NCBI GenBank assembly: GCA_026770705.1 | Contig: JANJGN010000021.1 | Location: forward strand, 47,058,001 to 47,122,000 | Direction of reading: 5' to 3' | Source: Isurus oxyrinchus | Lineage: Eukaryota | Length of the DNA: 64,000 bases | Shown here: piece after piece, positions 62,871-64,000 of the stretch | Position numbering within the stretch: position 1 is the first letter of the stretch | Layout: each line of letters begins with the position of its first letter | Translations under genes and position numbers: made by a program | Notes under the pieces: model-generated | What the model saw: only the letters and a program-made list of their open reading frames with translations | Told to the model about the DNA's origin: nothing | Databases searched by the model: none

Positions 62871-64000
62871 AACTGTCTCAGGGCACTGAAGACCTGCCTC
62901 AGGGAACTGCCTCCAGGAGCTGAAGACCTGCCTCAGGGAACTGCCTCAAGGAGCTGAAGACCTGCCTCAGGGAACTGCTGCAGGGCATTGAAGACCTGCC
63001 TCAGGGAACTGCTGCAGGGCATTAAAGACCTGCCTCAGTGAACTGCCTCAGGGAGCTGAAGACCTGCCTCAGGGAACTGCTGCAGGGCATTGAAGACCTG
63101 CCTCAGGGAACTGCTGCAGGGCATTGAAGACCTGCCTCAGGGAACTGCTGCAGGGCATTGAAGACCTGCCTCAGGGAACTGCCTCAAGGAGCTGAAGACC
63201 TGCCTCAGGGAACTGCTGCAGGGCATTGAAGACCTGCCTCAGGGAACTGCCTCAAGGAGCTGAAGACCTGCCTCAGGGAACTGCTGCAGGGCATTGAAGA
63301 CCTGCCTCAGGGAACTGCTGCAGGGCATTAAAGACCTGCCTCAGGGAACTGCCTCAAGGAGCTGAAGACCTGCCTCAGGGAACTGCCTCAAAGGGCTGAA
63401 GACCTGCCTCAGGGAACTGCCTCAAGGAGCTGAAGACCTGCCTCAGGGAACTGCCTCAAAGGGCTGAAGACCTGCCTCAGGGAACTGCCTCAAGGAGCTG
63501 AAGACCTGCCTCAGGGAACTGCCTCAAAGGGCTGAAGACCTGCCTCAGGGAACTGCCTCAAGGAGCTGAAGACCTGCCTCAGGGAACTGCCTCAAGGAGC
63601 TGAAGACCTGGCTCAGGGAACTGCCTCAAGGAGCTGAAGACCTGTCTCAGGGAACTGCCTCAAGGAGCTGAAGACCTGTCTCAGGGAACTGCCTCAAGGA
63701 GCTGAAGACCTGCCTCAGGGAACTGCCTCAAGGAGCTGAAGACCTGCCTCAGGGAACTGCCTCAAGGAGCTGAAGACCTGTCTCAGGGAACTGCCTCAAG
63801 GAGCTGAAGACCTGTCTCAGGGAACTGCCTCAAGGAGCTGAAGACCTGCCTCAGGGAACTGCCTCAAGGAGCTGAAGACCTGCCTCAGGGAACTGCCTCA
63901 AGGAGCTGAAGACCTGCCTCAGGGAACTGCCTCAAGGAGCTGAAGACCTGCCTCAGGGAACTGCCTCAAGGAGCTGAAGACCTGCCTCAGGGAACTGCCT
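62871..64000. repeat. 34-bp minisatellite, about 33 units, continuing past the window end
   Basis: The consensus unit is GAAGACCTGCCTCAGGGAACTGCCTCAAGGAGCT, with a few recurring variants. Confidence 0.98.

Noticed and set aside
62871-64000. CRISPR array or repetitive CDS
   Set aside because: The units are head-to-tail with no unique spacers and no cas genes. The 34-bp period is not a multiple of 3 and TGA stops occur on both strands.

Overview
This is repeat-dense eukaryotic DNA. The repeat families (CR1 LINEs, Deu-domain SINEs, Penelope-like elements, Myb/HARBI Harbingers) point to a cartilaginous fish such as a shark; this is inference, not a database result. I could not support any host protein-coding exon, so the window looks intronic or intergenic. 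It contains decayed copies of two CR1-group LINE families, L2 relics, a Gypsy gag-protease relic, three short solo LTRs, DeuSINE/SacSINE1-like SINEs, many PIF/Harbinger elements and MITEs, Penelope-like elements (PLEs), and a 34-bp minisatellite running off the right edge. Four things stand out. (1) A 2.1-kb PLE palindrome (two ~1-kb inverted arms, perfect 14-bp TSD); each arm carries a minimal hammerhead-ribozyme-like motif with a variant core (CUGUCGA), and smaller asymmetric fold-back PLE termini occur elsewhere. (2) Harbinger elements with a spliced Myb/SANT gene that share a POU4F-like upstream motif. (3) A multi-layer transposon nest at ~20.7-30 kb. (4) A minisatellite that begins inside a MITE and has a TFAP2-like site in most units. 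Boundaries of decayed repeats are approximate, read by eye.
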